Source of the DNA: an uncultured Smithella sp.
Lineage (GTDB): Bacteria > Desulfobacterota > Syntrophia > Syntrophales > Smithellaceae
Direction: 5' to 3'
DNA length: 64,000 bases
NCBI GenBank assembly: GCA_964539765.1
Contig: CAZIJZ010000001.1
Coordinates: 219,004 to 283,003 of the forward strand
Shown: piece by piece, positions 39,134 to 47,948 of the stretch
Layout: each line of letters begins with the position of its first letter
Numbering within the stretch: the first letter of the stretch is position 1
Position numbers and translations under genes: made by a program
Notes under the pieces: generated by a model
What the model was told of the DNA's origin: nothing
Databases searched by the model: none
The model's input: only the letters and a program-made list of their open reading frames with translations

Positions 39134-39643
39134 TTACTGGACTGTAAAAATCTTTTGCAAATTATGTTCGACTTCGGATTCCTGTGCGTTGGTCGCTACG
39201 GATAATTCTTTAACGAGCAGATTTTTGGCTGTATCCATCATCTTTCTTTCACCGAAAGAAAGATTCTTATCACTTTTCAAAATAAATAAATCCCTTAAAA
39301 CGCCGGCAATCTCAAATACAGAACCGGTTTTGATCCTTTCCAGATACTCCCGATATCGTTTGTTCCAGGTTTGTTTATCTATGGTAACATCTTTATTGCG
39401 CAAAATTTCATATACCTTGGGGATTTCTTTCTCCAGGATAATTTCACGTAACCCCACAGCCTTAACGCTCATTGTCGGAATCATAATCTTCATTCCGTTG
39501 CCCATGATCTTCATGACGTAAAAGGACTGTTTTTTCCCCATTACTTCTTTATTTTCAATGGCTTCAATGACTCCAACACCGTGTGCCGGATATACTGCCA
39601 AGTCGCCCACTTTAAACATTTTAATTTTCGCCTGCCTTTCCAT
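39134..39643 (-). CDS. carD: CarD/CdnL-family RNA-polymerase-binding regulator
   Basis: 169 aa. FKVGDLAVYPAHGVGVIEAIE Tudor-like N-domain. The start could instead be ATG 39619 (MFKVGD...). Confidence 0.9.
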   Translation of the reverse strand: MERQAKIKMFKVGDLAVYPAHGVGVIEAIENKEVMGKKQSFYVMKIMGNGMKIMIPTMSVKAVGLREIILEKEIPKVYEILRNKDVTIDKQTWNKRYREYLERIKTGSVFEIAGVLRDLFILKSDKNLSFGERKMMDTAKNLLVKELSVATNAQESEVEHNLQKIFTVQ

Positions 39644-39781
39644 ATCAGAAAGTTATCATATCACTACTTGAACTATTAGTCAACATCCAAAAGATATTAA
39701 GTACTGCTTCAAGATTACGGGGCTAATAAACTGTAAATTAAACAGTTTTATTAATATTAAGTATTGAATATTATTGGATAA

Positions 39782-39823
39782 AACAAAAAAGGAGCTACTT
39801 TTTGCCTAAAAAGTGAACTCCTT
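39782..39823 (-). terminator. rho-independent terminator after tRNA-Cys
   Basis: The minus strand reads AAGGAGTTCACTTTTT-AGGC-AAAAAGTAGCTCCTT followed by TTTTGTTT, an interrupted 13-bp stem. Confidence 0.6.
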
Positions 39824-39831
39824 GATTTAAT

Positions 39832-39907
39832 TGGAGGCGGCACCCGGACTTGAACCGGGGAATAACGGTTTTGCAGACCGCTGCCTTAGCCACTTGGCTA
39901 TGCCGCC
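39832..39907 (-). tRNA. tRNA-Cys (GCA)
   Basis: Reverse complement GGCGGCATAGCCAAGTGGCTAAGGCAGCGGTCTGCAAAACCGTTATTCCCCGGTTCAAGTCCGGGTGCCGCCTCCA folds as a cloverleaf. Anticodon loop CTGCAAA; CCA encoded. Confidence 0.95.
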
Positions 39908-39917
39908 GATAAAAAAA

Positions 39918-39992
39918 TGGAGCGGGCGAACGGATTTGAACCGTCGACGTCTACCTTGGCAAGGTAGCACTCTACCGCTGAGTTACGCCCGC
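39918..39992 (-). tRNA. tRNA-Gly (GCC)
   Basis: Reverse complement GCGGGCGTAACTCAGCGGTAGAGTGCTACCTTGCCAAGGTAGACGTCGACGGTTCAAATCCGTTCGCCCGCTCCA. Anticodon loop TTGCCAA; CCA encoded. Confidence 0.95.
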
Positions 39993-40009
39993 TCATCAAA
40001 ACGGCGTTG

Positions 40010-40037
40010 ACTATAACAAATAGATATCTCTTGTCAA
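40010..40037 (-). promoter_or_regulatory. near-consensus sigma70 promoter for the tRNA-Gly/tRNA-Cys operon
   Basis: The minus strand reads TTGACA (40037-40032), 16-nt spacer, TATAGT (40015-40010), preceded by an A/T-rich UP-like tract. The predicted start site is about 10 nt before the mature tRNA-Gly 5' end. Confidence 0.6.
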
Positions 40038-40125
40038 TAAAAATTAATATTTTCTTCAGAAAATAATTAATTTTGTTTTGGATTAAATATTCTGAAATTA
40101 AAAATGCGCAGATCGAAAGAGGACG

Positions 40126-40683
40126 TCATTTTTCAATGCTTTGAAATAATTTCAAAAGATAATCAATACCGGAATAAATCGTGAAAACGAAAGCCACATA
40201 AAGAATGATCGTGCCGATAAGATGCATATTAAGCCCCAGCAAAGGATAGTGGATGATCAGCGCCGTAACGGCGATAATCTGTGCCACCGTCTTTTGCTTG
40301 CCGAAGGTGCTCGCCTGAATGTAAATGCCTTCTGAAGAAGCAATACTTCTGATCACATCCACGATTAAATCGCGGATAATCGTTATCGCCACGATCCAGG
40401 CCGGTATCCGTCCAATGGGAATGAGCAGGATCATAGCCGTATTCACGATTATTTTATCGGCAATAGGATCCAGAAACTTGCCGATAGTCGTAATCAACTG
40501 ATATTTCCGGGCGACATAACCGTCAAAGAAATCGGTAACGGAGGCGATAACAAATAATCCCGCAATTACCAGACTCCAGAATTCTCCCGGATCGGAAAGC
40601 AGAATGAAAAGAAAAGGGACCACACCGATTCTCATTAATGTGATGGTGTTGGGTAAATTTAAGGTTTCACGTTTTGAAATCAT
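40126..40683 (-). CDS. pgsA: CDP-diacylglycerol--glycerol-3-phosphate 3-phosphatidyltransferase
   Basis: 185 aa. CDP-alcohol phosphotransferase motif DFFDGYVARKYQLITTIGKFLDPIADK. Confidence 0.93.
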   Translation of the reverse strand: MISKRETLNLPNTITLMRIGVVPFLFILLSDPGEFWSLVIAGLFVIASVTDFFDGYVARKYQLITTIGKFLDPIADKIIVNTAMILLIPIGRIPAWIVAITIIRDLIVDVIRSIASSEGIYIQASTFGKQKTVAQIIAVTALIIHYPLLGLNMHLIGTIILYVAFVFTIYSGIDYLLKLFQSIEK

Positions 40684-40723
40684 TCGCCTGCCTTATGATT
40701 GGGAACCGCATGAATCGTTAACA

Positions 40724-41371
40724 TTATTTCCGAGGTACCTTTTTCCAGTCATTTAAAAATGTTTCAATACCTTTGTCGGTCAGGGGATGCTGAACCAGCT
40801 GGGCGATGACTTTGAAGGGAATGGTGGCAATATCGGCACCCATCAGTGCGGCATCTAAAACATGTCTCGGATGACGGACGCTTGCCACAATGACCTCCGT
40901 TTCGTAACAATAATTTTCATAAATCGTGATGATCTGTTCGACCAGTTCCATACCGTCATGAGCGATATCATCCAGTCGTCCGACGAATGGGCTGACATAA
41001 CGGGCGCCGGCCTTTGCCGCCATCAGCGCCTGCAGCGGAGAAAAGATCAACGTCTGATTTACGTCAATACCGGCATCGGCAAACATCCGGGTTGCCTTTA
41101 ATCCTTCCGTGCAAAGAGGAACTTTGATCACAACATTACTGCCCAGACGCGCCAGTTTTTTCCCTTCGGCAAACATTCCCTTCGCGTCCATACTGACCAC
41201 TTCCAGGCTGACCGGTCCTTTGACGGTTTTAAGTATATCTTTCACAACAGAGTCGAACCCCTTTTTTTCTTTGGCAATCAGCGACGGATTCGTGGTTACG
41301 CCGTCAACCATGCCCAGGGCTATTCCCTGTTTGATTTCTTCAATATTAGCCGTATCAATAAAAAATTTCAT
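40724..41371 (-). CDS. fsa: fructose-6-phosphate aldolase / short-type transaldolase
   Basis: 215 aa. [19 protein letters not shown] and VIKVP (Schiff-base Lys) motifs. Confidence 0.9.
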   Translation of the reverse strand: MKFFIDTANIEEIKQGIALGMVDGVTTNPSLIAKEKKGFDSVVKDILKTVKGPVSLEVVSMDAKGMFAEGKKLARLGSNVVIKVPLCTEGLKATRMFADAGIDVNQTLIFSPLQALMAAKAGARYVSPFVGRLDDIAHDGMELVEQIITIYENYCYETEVIVASVRHPRHVLDAALMGADIATIPFKVIAQLVQHPLTDKGIETFLNDWKKVPRK

Positions 41372-41386
41372 AGATCTCCCCTCGTC

Positions 41387-41647
41387 TCAGTTATTTTTTT
41401 CGATGGTATAATTATCACCGCATTTTTTACTGCAAAAAAAATACTCCTGCCCGTTAATTTCCTTTCTATAAGCCTGGCTTACCGGAACATAAGTATGACA
41501 GACAGGATCTTCAATCAGGTCTTCTCCCCTTGCTGATTTTCGTGAAAATTGTAAATTTTCGTTTTCTCCCGATTTGACCCGGCTGATAAATTTAATAATT
41601 TTATATAATATGTAAATGACTAAGATGGATATAATTAATCGAATCAA
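41387..41647 (-). CDS. membrane-anchored YHS/TRASH-type metal-binding domain protein
   Basis: 86 aa. N-terminal TM helix, then DPVCHTYVP...YFFCSKKCGDNY, a Cys pattern typical of YHS/TRASH domains. ATGA overlap with the folK stop. Confidence 0.65.
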   Translation of the reverse strand: MIRLIISILVIYILYKIIKFISRVKSGENENLQFSRKSARGEDLIEDPVCHTYVPVSQAYRKEINGQEYFFCSKKCGDNYTIEKNN

Positions 41648-42162
41648 TGCGCAACATCCTGACCGTTATTTTCCGTCAATCTTTCCACTTTTTTATCATC
41701 CGTCAAACGATCTCTTAATCCCCGGACTGATACGCCGAATGACGGATGAATAAGATAAGAAGCTATTTCGCACAGCGGCTCCAGAACAAATCTCCTTTTA
41801 TGAATTTCCGGATGCGGCACGATCATTGTTCCGTCCTGGAGAACGTTCTGTCCGTAAAAAAGCAGATCAAGATCGATATTTCTCGGACCGCCTTTGGATT
41901 CCCGGATTCTCCCCATGCTGTTTTCAATGTTCTGCAAGGCCGTTAAAAGCTCCCCGGCTTGAAGACTTGTTTTAATTTCCGCAACGGCATTGATGAAATC
42001 ATTCTGTGCTTCAACGCCCACCGGCTCCGTCTTATAATATGATGAAACTGCCGTTAACTCAACTTCTCTTAATCGGGAAATACATTCGACAGCCGTTTTA
42101 CAATTTTTAAGACAGTCGCCGAGATTGGAGCCGATTCCGATATAACAAATAATACCGTACAA
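41644..42162 (-). CDS. folK: 2-amino-4-hydroxy-6-hydroxymethyldihydropteridine diphosphokinase
   Basis: 172 aa. IGIGSNLGD N-terminus, GPRNIDLDLL and HPR motifs. TTG start. Confidence 0.9.
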   Translation of the reverse strand: MYGIICYIGIGSNLGDCLKNCKTAVECISRLREVELTAVSSYYKTEPVGVEAQNDFINAVAEIKTSLQAGELLTALQNIENSMGRIRESKGGPRNIDLDLLFYGQNVLQDGTMIVPHPEIHKRRFVLEPLCEIASYLIHPSFGVSVRGLRDRLTDDKKVERLTENNGQDVAH

Positions 42163-42174
42163 TGTTTTGAACCT

Positions 42175-42987
42175 TCAAGGATGATCCCTTAATCCCAAGA
42201 CATCCTGCATGTCGTACAGTCCGTTTCCCTGACTCACAACCCATTGTGCCGCCCGGATCGCGCCCTTGGCAAAATTGTCACGATTGTGAGCGCGGTGAAT
42301 AAATTCCAGTCTCTCCCCGACGCCTCCAAAGATGACGGTATGATCACCGACAATATCTCCCGCGCGAACCGTCTGGATGCCGATTTCCTTCCTCGTTCTT
42401 TCGCCGATTAAACCGCGTCGTGAATAAACCGCCGAAGCGTCCAGATCACGTCCCAGTTTAGCGGCGATGACTTTGGCCATTTCCATCGCGGTTCCGCTGG
42501 GGGCGTCCTTTTTCAGATGGTGATGGGCCTCGATGATTTCGACATCATAATCATCTTTCAGAATCCCCGCGCAATATTCAAGAACCTTCAGCATGACATT
42601 GACACCGACGCTCATGTTGGGCGTCAGGACACAACGCGTTTTCTTCGTCAATTCCTTGATCGTTTCCATCTCCGCGGCGGTAAATCCGGTCGAGCCGACA
42701 ACAATCGCCTTGTTGCTTTCACAGGTCGTTTTCAAATAATTCATGGAGGATGTATGATCGGTAAAATCAATGACAACGTCAGCCTGATCAACACAGTCGG
42801 ATAAGTTGTCACAAACTTTTATCCCCGTTTTGCCCAGACCCAACCCCTGTCCCATGTCGTGCCCGATGATGGGATGTTTTTTCACCTCAACCGCTCCGAC
42901 AACCTTGATATTTTCGGAGGTCGCAATGAGACTGATTATTTTACCGCCCATTCTTCCGGCAGCGCCCGTCACGATAGCCTTTACCAT
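42175..42987 (-). CDS. dapB: 4-hydroxy-tetrahydrodipicolinate reductase
   Basis: 270 aa from ATG 42987 (MVKAIVTGAAGRMG, GGAAGGAG upstream). EAHHHLKKDAPSGTA motif. The 44-codon upstream extension in the track overlaps dapA and was discarded. Confidence 0.95.
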   Translation of the reverse strand: MVKAIVTGAAGRMGGKIISLIATSENIKVVGAVEVKKHPIIGHDMGQGLGLGKTGIKVCDNLSDCVDQADVVIDFTDHTSSMNYLKTTCESNKAIVVGSTGFTAAEMETIKELTKKTRCVLTPNMSVGVNVMLKVLEYCAGILKDDYDVEIIEAHHHLKKDAPSGTAMEMAKVIAAKLGRDLDASAVYSRRGLIGERTRKEIGIQTVRAGDIVGDHTVIFGGVGERLEFIHRAHNRDNFAKGAIRAAQWVVSQGNGLYDMQDVLGLRDHP

Positions 42988-43031
42988 GGAATCATCTCCT
43001 TCCTTTTTTAACAATACCGGGACACAACTCT

Positions 43032-43904
43032 TTAAATCAAACCGTAATCGGACATCACCTGCTTTAATTTCTCGAAATGGGCATCCGACAATCTGCACAG
43101 AGGCAATCTGTATTCGCAATGGATTTTTCCCATCAGGGCCAGAGCGGCCTTGACCGGAACAGGATTGACTTCGATAAACAGCGCTTCAATCAAAGAGCTC
43201 ATCTTGAAATGAAGTTTCTTCGCCGTGGTCAGGTCTCCGGCTTCAAAAGCATCGATCAATCCCGCCATGTCCGCCGGCGCCACATTGGATACAACGGAAA
43301 TAACACCAGCGCCGCCGATCGCCATCAATGGCAGCGTAAAGATATCATCCCCGGACAGAACGGCAAAGTCCCTGCCGCAAAGCTCTATCACATCACTCAT
43401 TTGCTTGATCGAGCCCGAAGCCTCCTTAATGCCGACAATGTTTTTAATTCTGGCCAGTTTGGCAACCATATCCGGCAGCAGATTAACCCCCGTCCGGCCG
43501 GGTATGTTATACGGAATAATGGGAATGGGAACACTCTCGGCAATCACCTTAAAATGCTGATAAAGACCTTCCTGCGTGGGACGGTTATAATAGGGGCAGA
43601 CGATGAGAGCCCCGTCTGCGCCCGCTTCATAGGCATGTTTGGTCAGACGCAGGGCTTCCGCTGTATTATTGGATCCCGTTCCGGCAATGACCGGCACCCT
43701 CTTTTTTACGGCATCAATCGTAATTTCGATGACTCGGTCGTGTTCTTCATGAGACAGCGTGGCCGATTCGCCGGTCGTGCCGCAGGGAACAATAGCGTCC
43801 GTGCCGCCGGCAATTTGAAATTCTATCAGTTCCCGTAATGCTTTCTCATCCACCTGATCGTTTTTAAAAGGTGTTACAAGAGCGACCATTGCGCCTCTGA
43901 ACAT
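43032..43904 (-). CDS. dapA: 4-hydroxy-tetrahydrodipicolinate synthase
   Basis: 290 aa from ATG 43904 (AAGGAGG 8 nt upstream). GTTGES, YNIPGRTG and IVGIKEASG (active-site Lys) motifs. Confidence 0.95.
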   Translation of the reverse strand: MFRGAMVALVTPFKNDQVDEKALRELIEFQIAGGTDAIVPCGTTGESATLSHEEHDRVIEITIDAVKKRVPVIAGTGSNNTAEALRLTKHAYEAGADGALIVCPYYNRPTQEGLYQHFKVIAESVPIPIIPYNIPGRTGVNLLPDMVAKLARIKNIVGIKEASGSIKQMSDVIELCGRDFAVLSGDDIFTLPLMAIGGAGVISVVSNVAPADMAGLIDAFEAGDLTTAKKLHFKMSSLIEALFIEVNPVPVKAALALMGKIHCEYRLPLCRLSDAHFEKLKQVMSDYGLI

Positions 43905-43929
43905 AAAAGAAGCCTCCTTCATTGTTTCA

Positions 43930-44379
43930 TCATTTAAAATTGATTGCCGTTACGGCGCTCTCAAAACACGATTTAAAATCGTCACAAAGCGACAAACGAT
44001 AATCGTATGATTTACCGCGAGTTGCATTTTTATCGGTAAAAATGAATTTTTCATTATCCTGATTTTCTTTTTTAACTTTTTTCACTTGAATCTGTCCGAC
44101 GCGTTCAAATGTCCCCGTACAATCCCGGCAATCTTTTTCATCGTCACCGGATTCTCTTCTTTCAATGTTGATATAATTTATTCTTGCATCGTTGTCCTGC
44201 AAATCCCATGTCAGTTTCAGGCTGTCACCCGATGCGGCAACCTTCAGATTCTTCACCATTTCAGCATGGCCCGTCACGCGGGACGGATCAACCGGATTTC
44301 CCTTTACGCCGCAGGACGCTACACTAAAAAGGAGAATAATGAAAATAAATATTTTATTTTTAAACAAAATTCTTTTCAA
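43930..44379 (-). CDS. lipoprotein with LptM-like N-terminus and a beta-sandwich-like extension
   Basis: 149 aa. Signal peptide plus lipobox FSVASC, followed by GVKGNP, resembling the CG[LV]KGP motif of LptM/YifL. The start overlaps the argH 3' end by 20 nt. Confidence 0.6.
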   Translation of the reverse strand: MKRILFKNKIFIFIILLFSVASCGVKGNPVDPSRVTGHAEMVKNLKVAASGDSLKLTWDLQDNDARINYINIERRESGDDEKDCRDCTGTFERVGQIQVKKVKKENQDNEKFIFTDKNATRGKSYDYRLSLCDDFKSCFESAVTAINFK

Positions 44380-45742
44380 ATTCTTTTATCCTCTGCAAAA
44401 CGGCTTTGGCGGACGTTCCTCCCCGGTGACTGCGTACATGAACAGCCTGTTCGAGTTTTATCCGGCCCTGAATATCTGCCTGAATCCGTGCGTCAAATTT
44501 CTGATACTCTTTCAGGGTCAAGCTATCCAGCTCTTTCTTGTTTTTTAGACAATACGCCACAATCCGGCCGGTAATTTCATGCGCGTCACGGAAAGGAACT
44601 TTTTTCTCGACCAGATATTCCGCAATTTCCGTTGCCGCAGCAAAACCTTTTTTCGCCGCCAGATACATTTTCTCGTTTTTAAATTTTGTATTCATCATCA
44701 TTTCCGCAAATACGGAAAGACAGTCTTTGACGGTATCCACTGCGTCAAACAAAGGTTCTTTGTCTTCCTGCAAATCACGGTTGTACGTCATGGGCAATCC
44801 CTTCAAAAGGGTCATAACGGAAAAAAGATCCCCGTACACCCGGGCGGATTTTCCCCTGATCAGTTCGGCGACGTCGGGATTTTTCTTTTGCGGCATAATG
44901 CTGCTGCCCGTTGTATAGGCGTCCGATATCTCGATAAAACCGAATTCATCGGACGACCACAGAATCAAATCTTCGCAAAAGCGGCTTAAATGCATCATAA
45001 CTAACGCGGCATCAAAAATAAATTCCGCGATGAAATCCCTGTCTGCGACCGTATCCATGCTGTTTTCACTGACGACCGGAAATTTTAACATGCCGGCTGT
45101 CTTTTCACGATTGATCGGCAATCCCGTTCCGGCCAGCGCCGCCGCACCGAGGGGCAGGACGTTAATCCTTTTTGAACACTCCTGCAATCGTTGGATGTCC
45201 CGTTCGAACATTTCCACGAACGCAAGAAGATAATGCGACAGCAGCACCGGCTGCGCTTTCTGCATATGCGTGTAACCGGGCATGATCGTTTTGATTTCCT
45301 GCCTGGCCAGGCCCACAAGTGTTTTCTGCAGATGGTTCAACAGCGACACGATAGACTGAATTTCCGCTCTCATGAAAAGCCGCACATCCAAAACAATCTG
45401 ATCATTTCGGCTCCGGGCCGAGTGCAGTTTACCTCCCGCTTCTCCGATACGCCTGATCAATTCTTTTTCCACGGCCATATGAATATCTTCATCGGCGGGA
45501 CTGAACGTGAATTTTCCCTGACGGATATCCTGAAAAATGGCTTTTAACGCGGATATGATTTTTAACGCATCTTTTTTCGATATGATATTCTGTCCGGCCA
45601 GCATGGTTGCGTGCGCGATGGAACCTTCGATATCATAGGGATAAAGTCTCTGGTCATAATGGATTGAAGCCGTGAATTTTTCCACAATCTCAGCCGTCGG
45701 TTGCTGAAACCTGCCGCCCCATGGTTTTTTACCGGTTGCCAT
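44360..45742 (-). CDS. argH: argininosuccinate lyase
   Basis: 460 aa. Fumarate-lyase signature GSSIMPQKKNPD and N-terminal WGGRF. Confidence 0.96.
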   Translation of the reverse strand: MATGKKPWGGRFQQPTAEIVEKFTASIHYDQRLYPYDIEGSIAHATMLAGQNIISKKDALKIISALKAIFQDIRQGKFTFSPADEDIHMAVEKELIRRIGEAGGKLHSARSRNDQIVLDVRLFMRAEIQSIVSLLNHLQKTLVGLARQEIKTIMPGYTHMQKAQPVLLSHYLLAFVEMFERDIQRLQECSKRINVLPLGAAALAGTGLPINREKTAGMLKFPVVSENSMDTVADRDFIAEFIFDAALVMMHLSRFCEDLILWSSDEFGFIEISDAYTTGSSIMPQKKNPDVAELIRGKSARVYGDLFSVMTLLKGLPMTYNRDLQEDKEPLFDAVDTVKDCLSVFAEMMMNTKFKNEKMYLAAKKGFAAATEIAEYLVEKKVPFRDAHEITGRIVAYCLKNKKELDSLTLKEYQKFDARIQADIQGRIKLEQAVHVRSHRGGTSAKAVLQRIKEFEKNFV

Positions 45743-45760
45743 GATTCATCTCCGCTGACA

Positions 45761-46975
45761 TTAAGATTTCTTTTTTAAGTAATTCTGAATAATCAAACGT
45801 AAACCGTTCAGTTTGATAAATCCTATCGCATCTTTCTGATTGTAAACCTCATCTTTTTCAAACGTGGCAAACGTTTCGCTGTAAAGCGAATACGGTGATT
45901 TTCGACCGACAACGGTGCAATTTCCCTTGTACAATTTCACGCGCGCCGTCCCGGTCACGGTTTCCTGCGTCGCGTCGATATAGGTCTGAAGCGTCTTCAT
46001 CTCCGGCGCATACCAGAAACCGTTGTAGGCCAGTTGCGCGTATTTCGGTGTGAGAGAATCACGCATCAGCATAACCTCACGGTCCATGGTAATCGACTCG
46101 ACCGCGCGGTGCGCCGCCCAGAGCACTGTCCCGCCGGGCGTTTCATAGACCCCTCTTGATTTCATCCCGACGAACCGGTTTTCCACCATATCAACCCGTC
46201 CGACCCCGTTTTCGCCGGCGATAGCATTCACATAATCCATCAGTTTCGCCGGCGACATTTTCCTGCCGTTCACGGCAACGGGATTTCCCTTTTTAAAATC
46301 AATTTCCAGATAGGTCGGTTTGTCCGGCGCCTCTTCCGGAGACTTCGTCAGAACGAAAATATCTTCCGGCGGCTCCGCCCAGGGATCTTCCAGAATACCG
46401 CCCTCATGGGAGATATGCAGCAGATTCCGGTCCGAGCTGTACGGTTTGGCCTTGGTCAGCGGAATGGGAATCTTGTATTTTGCCGCGTAATCGATCATCT
46501 CCTCCCGGGATTTGAATTTCCAGTTATCATCCTTCCAGACCGCGATAATTTTTATGTCCGGATTCAACGCGTAATACGTCAGTTCGAAGCGAACCTGATC
46601 ATTCCCCTTGCCGGTCGCGCCGTGGGAAACGGTATCTGCTCCTTCCTGCCGCGCTATTTCGATCTGCCTTTTGGCAATCAAAGGACGCGCCAAAGATGTA
46701 CCCAACAGATAGGTTCCTTCGTAAATGGCGTTCGCCCGCAGTGCCGGGAAAACAAAATCTCGCGCGAACTCTTCCCTTAAATCATCGATATAAATTTTAC
46801 TGGCTCCGGTTTTGAGCGCCTTTTCCTTCAATCCGGTCAATTCCTCTTTCTGCCCTACATCCGCGGCGTAGCAGATCACTTCGCACTTATAGGTTTCGAT
46901 CAACCAGCGAACGATGACGGATGTATCCAGTCCGCCGGAATAGGCCAAAACAACTTTTTTCTTCTTTGCTGACAA
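45761..46975 (-). CDS. argG: argininosuccinate synthase
   Basis: 404 aa from TTG 46975 (AGGAGG 8 nt upstream, then [18 protein letters not shown]). The track's 41-codon upstream extension overlaps argF and was discarded. Confidence 0.95.
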   Translation of the reverse strand: MSAKKKKVVLAYSGGLDTSVIVRWLIETYKCEVICYAADVGQKEELTGLKEKALKTGASKIYIDDLREEFARDFVFPALRANAIYEGTYLLGTSLARPLIAKRQIEIARQEGADTVSHGATGKGNDQVRFELTYYALNPDIKIIAVWKDDNWKFKSREEMIDYAAKYKIPIPLTKAKPYSSDRNLLHISHEGGILEDPWAEPPEDIFVLTKSPEEAPDKPTYLEIDFKKGNPVAVNGRKMSPAKLMDYVNAIAGENGVGRVDMVENRFVGMKSRGVYETPGGTVLWAAHRAVESITMDREVMLMRDSLTPKYAQLAYNGFWYAPEMKTLQTYIDATQETVTGTARVKLYKGNCTVVGRKSPYSLYSETFATFEKDEVYNQKDAIGFIKLNGLRLIIQNYLKKKS

Positions 46976-47039
46976 TGTACTTTCCTCCTGACCCCGATCA
47001 ACGGAATAAATCCCGTCATCCGGTGTAATTTTCGTTTTA

Positions 47040-47948
47040 TTAAAGTAATATTTCCAGGATGGCCTTCTGCACGTGCAAACGATTTTCCGCCTGATCAATC
47101 ACCACCGAATTCGGCCCGTCAATGACGTCAGCGGAAATCTCTTCTCCGCGGTGCGCGGGAAGACAATGCATGACCATGACATCTTTCTTTGCTTCTTTCA
47201 AAAGTCTTTTGTTGATCTGATAATCCTTGAATATTTTTTTTCTTTTCTTGTCTTCCGATTCCTGTCCCATGCTGACCCAGACATCCGTGTACAAAACATC
47301 GGCATTCCACGCCGCCTCCAGGGGGTCCTGATAAAGCGTGATGCCTTCCGTCGATTCCTTTTGTCCCCGGGCCATGATTTCCTTATCCGGCCCGTAACCC
47401 TGCGGGCAGGCCAGCGTTAACTGAATCGGCAATTTAGCGGCCGCCTCGATCCAGGTATTGGCCACATTATTTCCGTCGCCTATATAGGCTATTTTTATTT
47501 TTTTGTAAGACCCTTTTTTTTCTTTGATGGTAAATAGATCGCTCAATATCTGACACGGATGCAAAAGGTCCGTCAAACCGTTGATGACCGGAATGGAAGC
47601 CCAGCGGGAAAACTCTTCCACACTGTCCTGAGAAAAGGTCCGGATCATGATCCCGTTCAGATAACGCGACATCATCCGGGCCGAATCGGAAACAGTTTCT
47701 CCGCGTCCTATTTGCGTGTCGCGGGAAGTCAAAAACAACGCGATTCCTCCCAGCTGATACATCCCGACTTCAAAAGATATTCTTGTGCGGGTGGACGATT
47801 TATCAAAAATCATTCCCAGCGTTTTCCCCTTGAGGGAATCATGGGGTTTTCCGGCTTTCAAACATTTTTTCAGTTTGTCGGCTTTCTTCCAGATTTTGTC
47901 GAAATCGCCGGGCTCGAGATCATAAATACTGAGCAAATCCTTTTTCAT
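47040..47948 (-). CDS. argF: ornithine carbamoyltransferase
   Basis: 302 aa. STRTR carbamoyl-phosphate motif, HPCQ, HCLPA and DVW motifs. Confidence 0.95.
   Translation of the reverse strand: MKKDLLSIYDLEPGDFDKIWKKADKLKKCLKAGKPHDSLKGKTLGMIFDKSSTRTRISFEVGMYQLGGIALFLTSRDTQIGRGETVSDSARMMSRYLNGIMIRTFSQDSVEEFSRWASIPVINGLTDLLHPCQILSDLFTIKEKKGSYKKIKIAYIGDGNNVANTWIEAAAKLPIQLTLACPQGYGPDKEIMARGQKESTEGITLYQDPLEAAWNADVLYTDVWVSMGQESEDKKRKKIFKDYQINKRLLKEAKKDVMVMHCLPAHRGEEISADVIDGPNSVVIDQAENRLHVQKAILEILL

Noticed and set aside
42988-43119. 44-codon N-terminal extension of dapB (track start 43119)
   Set aside because: It overlaps the 3' end of dapA and has no SD. ATG 42987 has GGAAGGAG upstream and gives the canonical MVKAIVTGAAGRMG N-terminus.
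43077-43838. 253-aa plus-strand ORF opposite dapA
   Set aside because: Shadow ORF. dapA on the minus strand carries GTTGES and YNIPGRTG motifs, and the antisense product has no recognisable features.
46976-47098. 41-codon N-terminal extension of argG (track start 47098)
   Set aside because: It overlaps argF and lacks an SD. TTG 46975 is preceded by AGGAGG at ideal spacing and yields the canonical AYSGGLDTS position.
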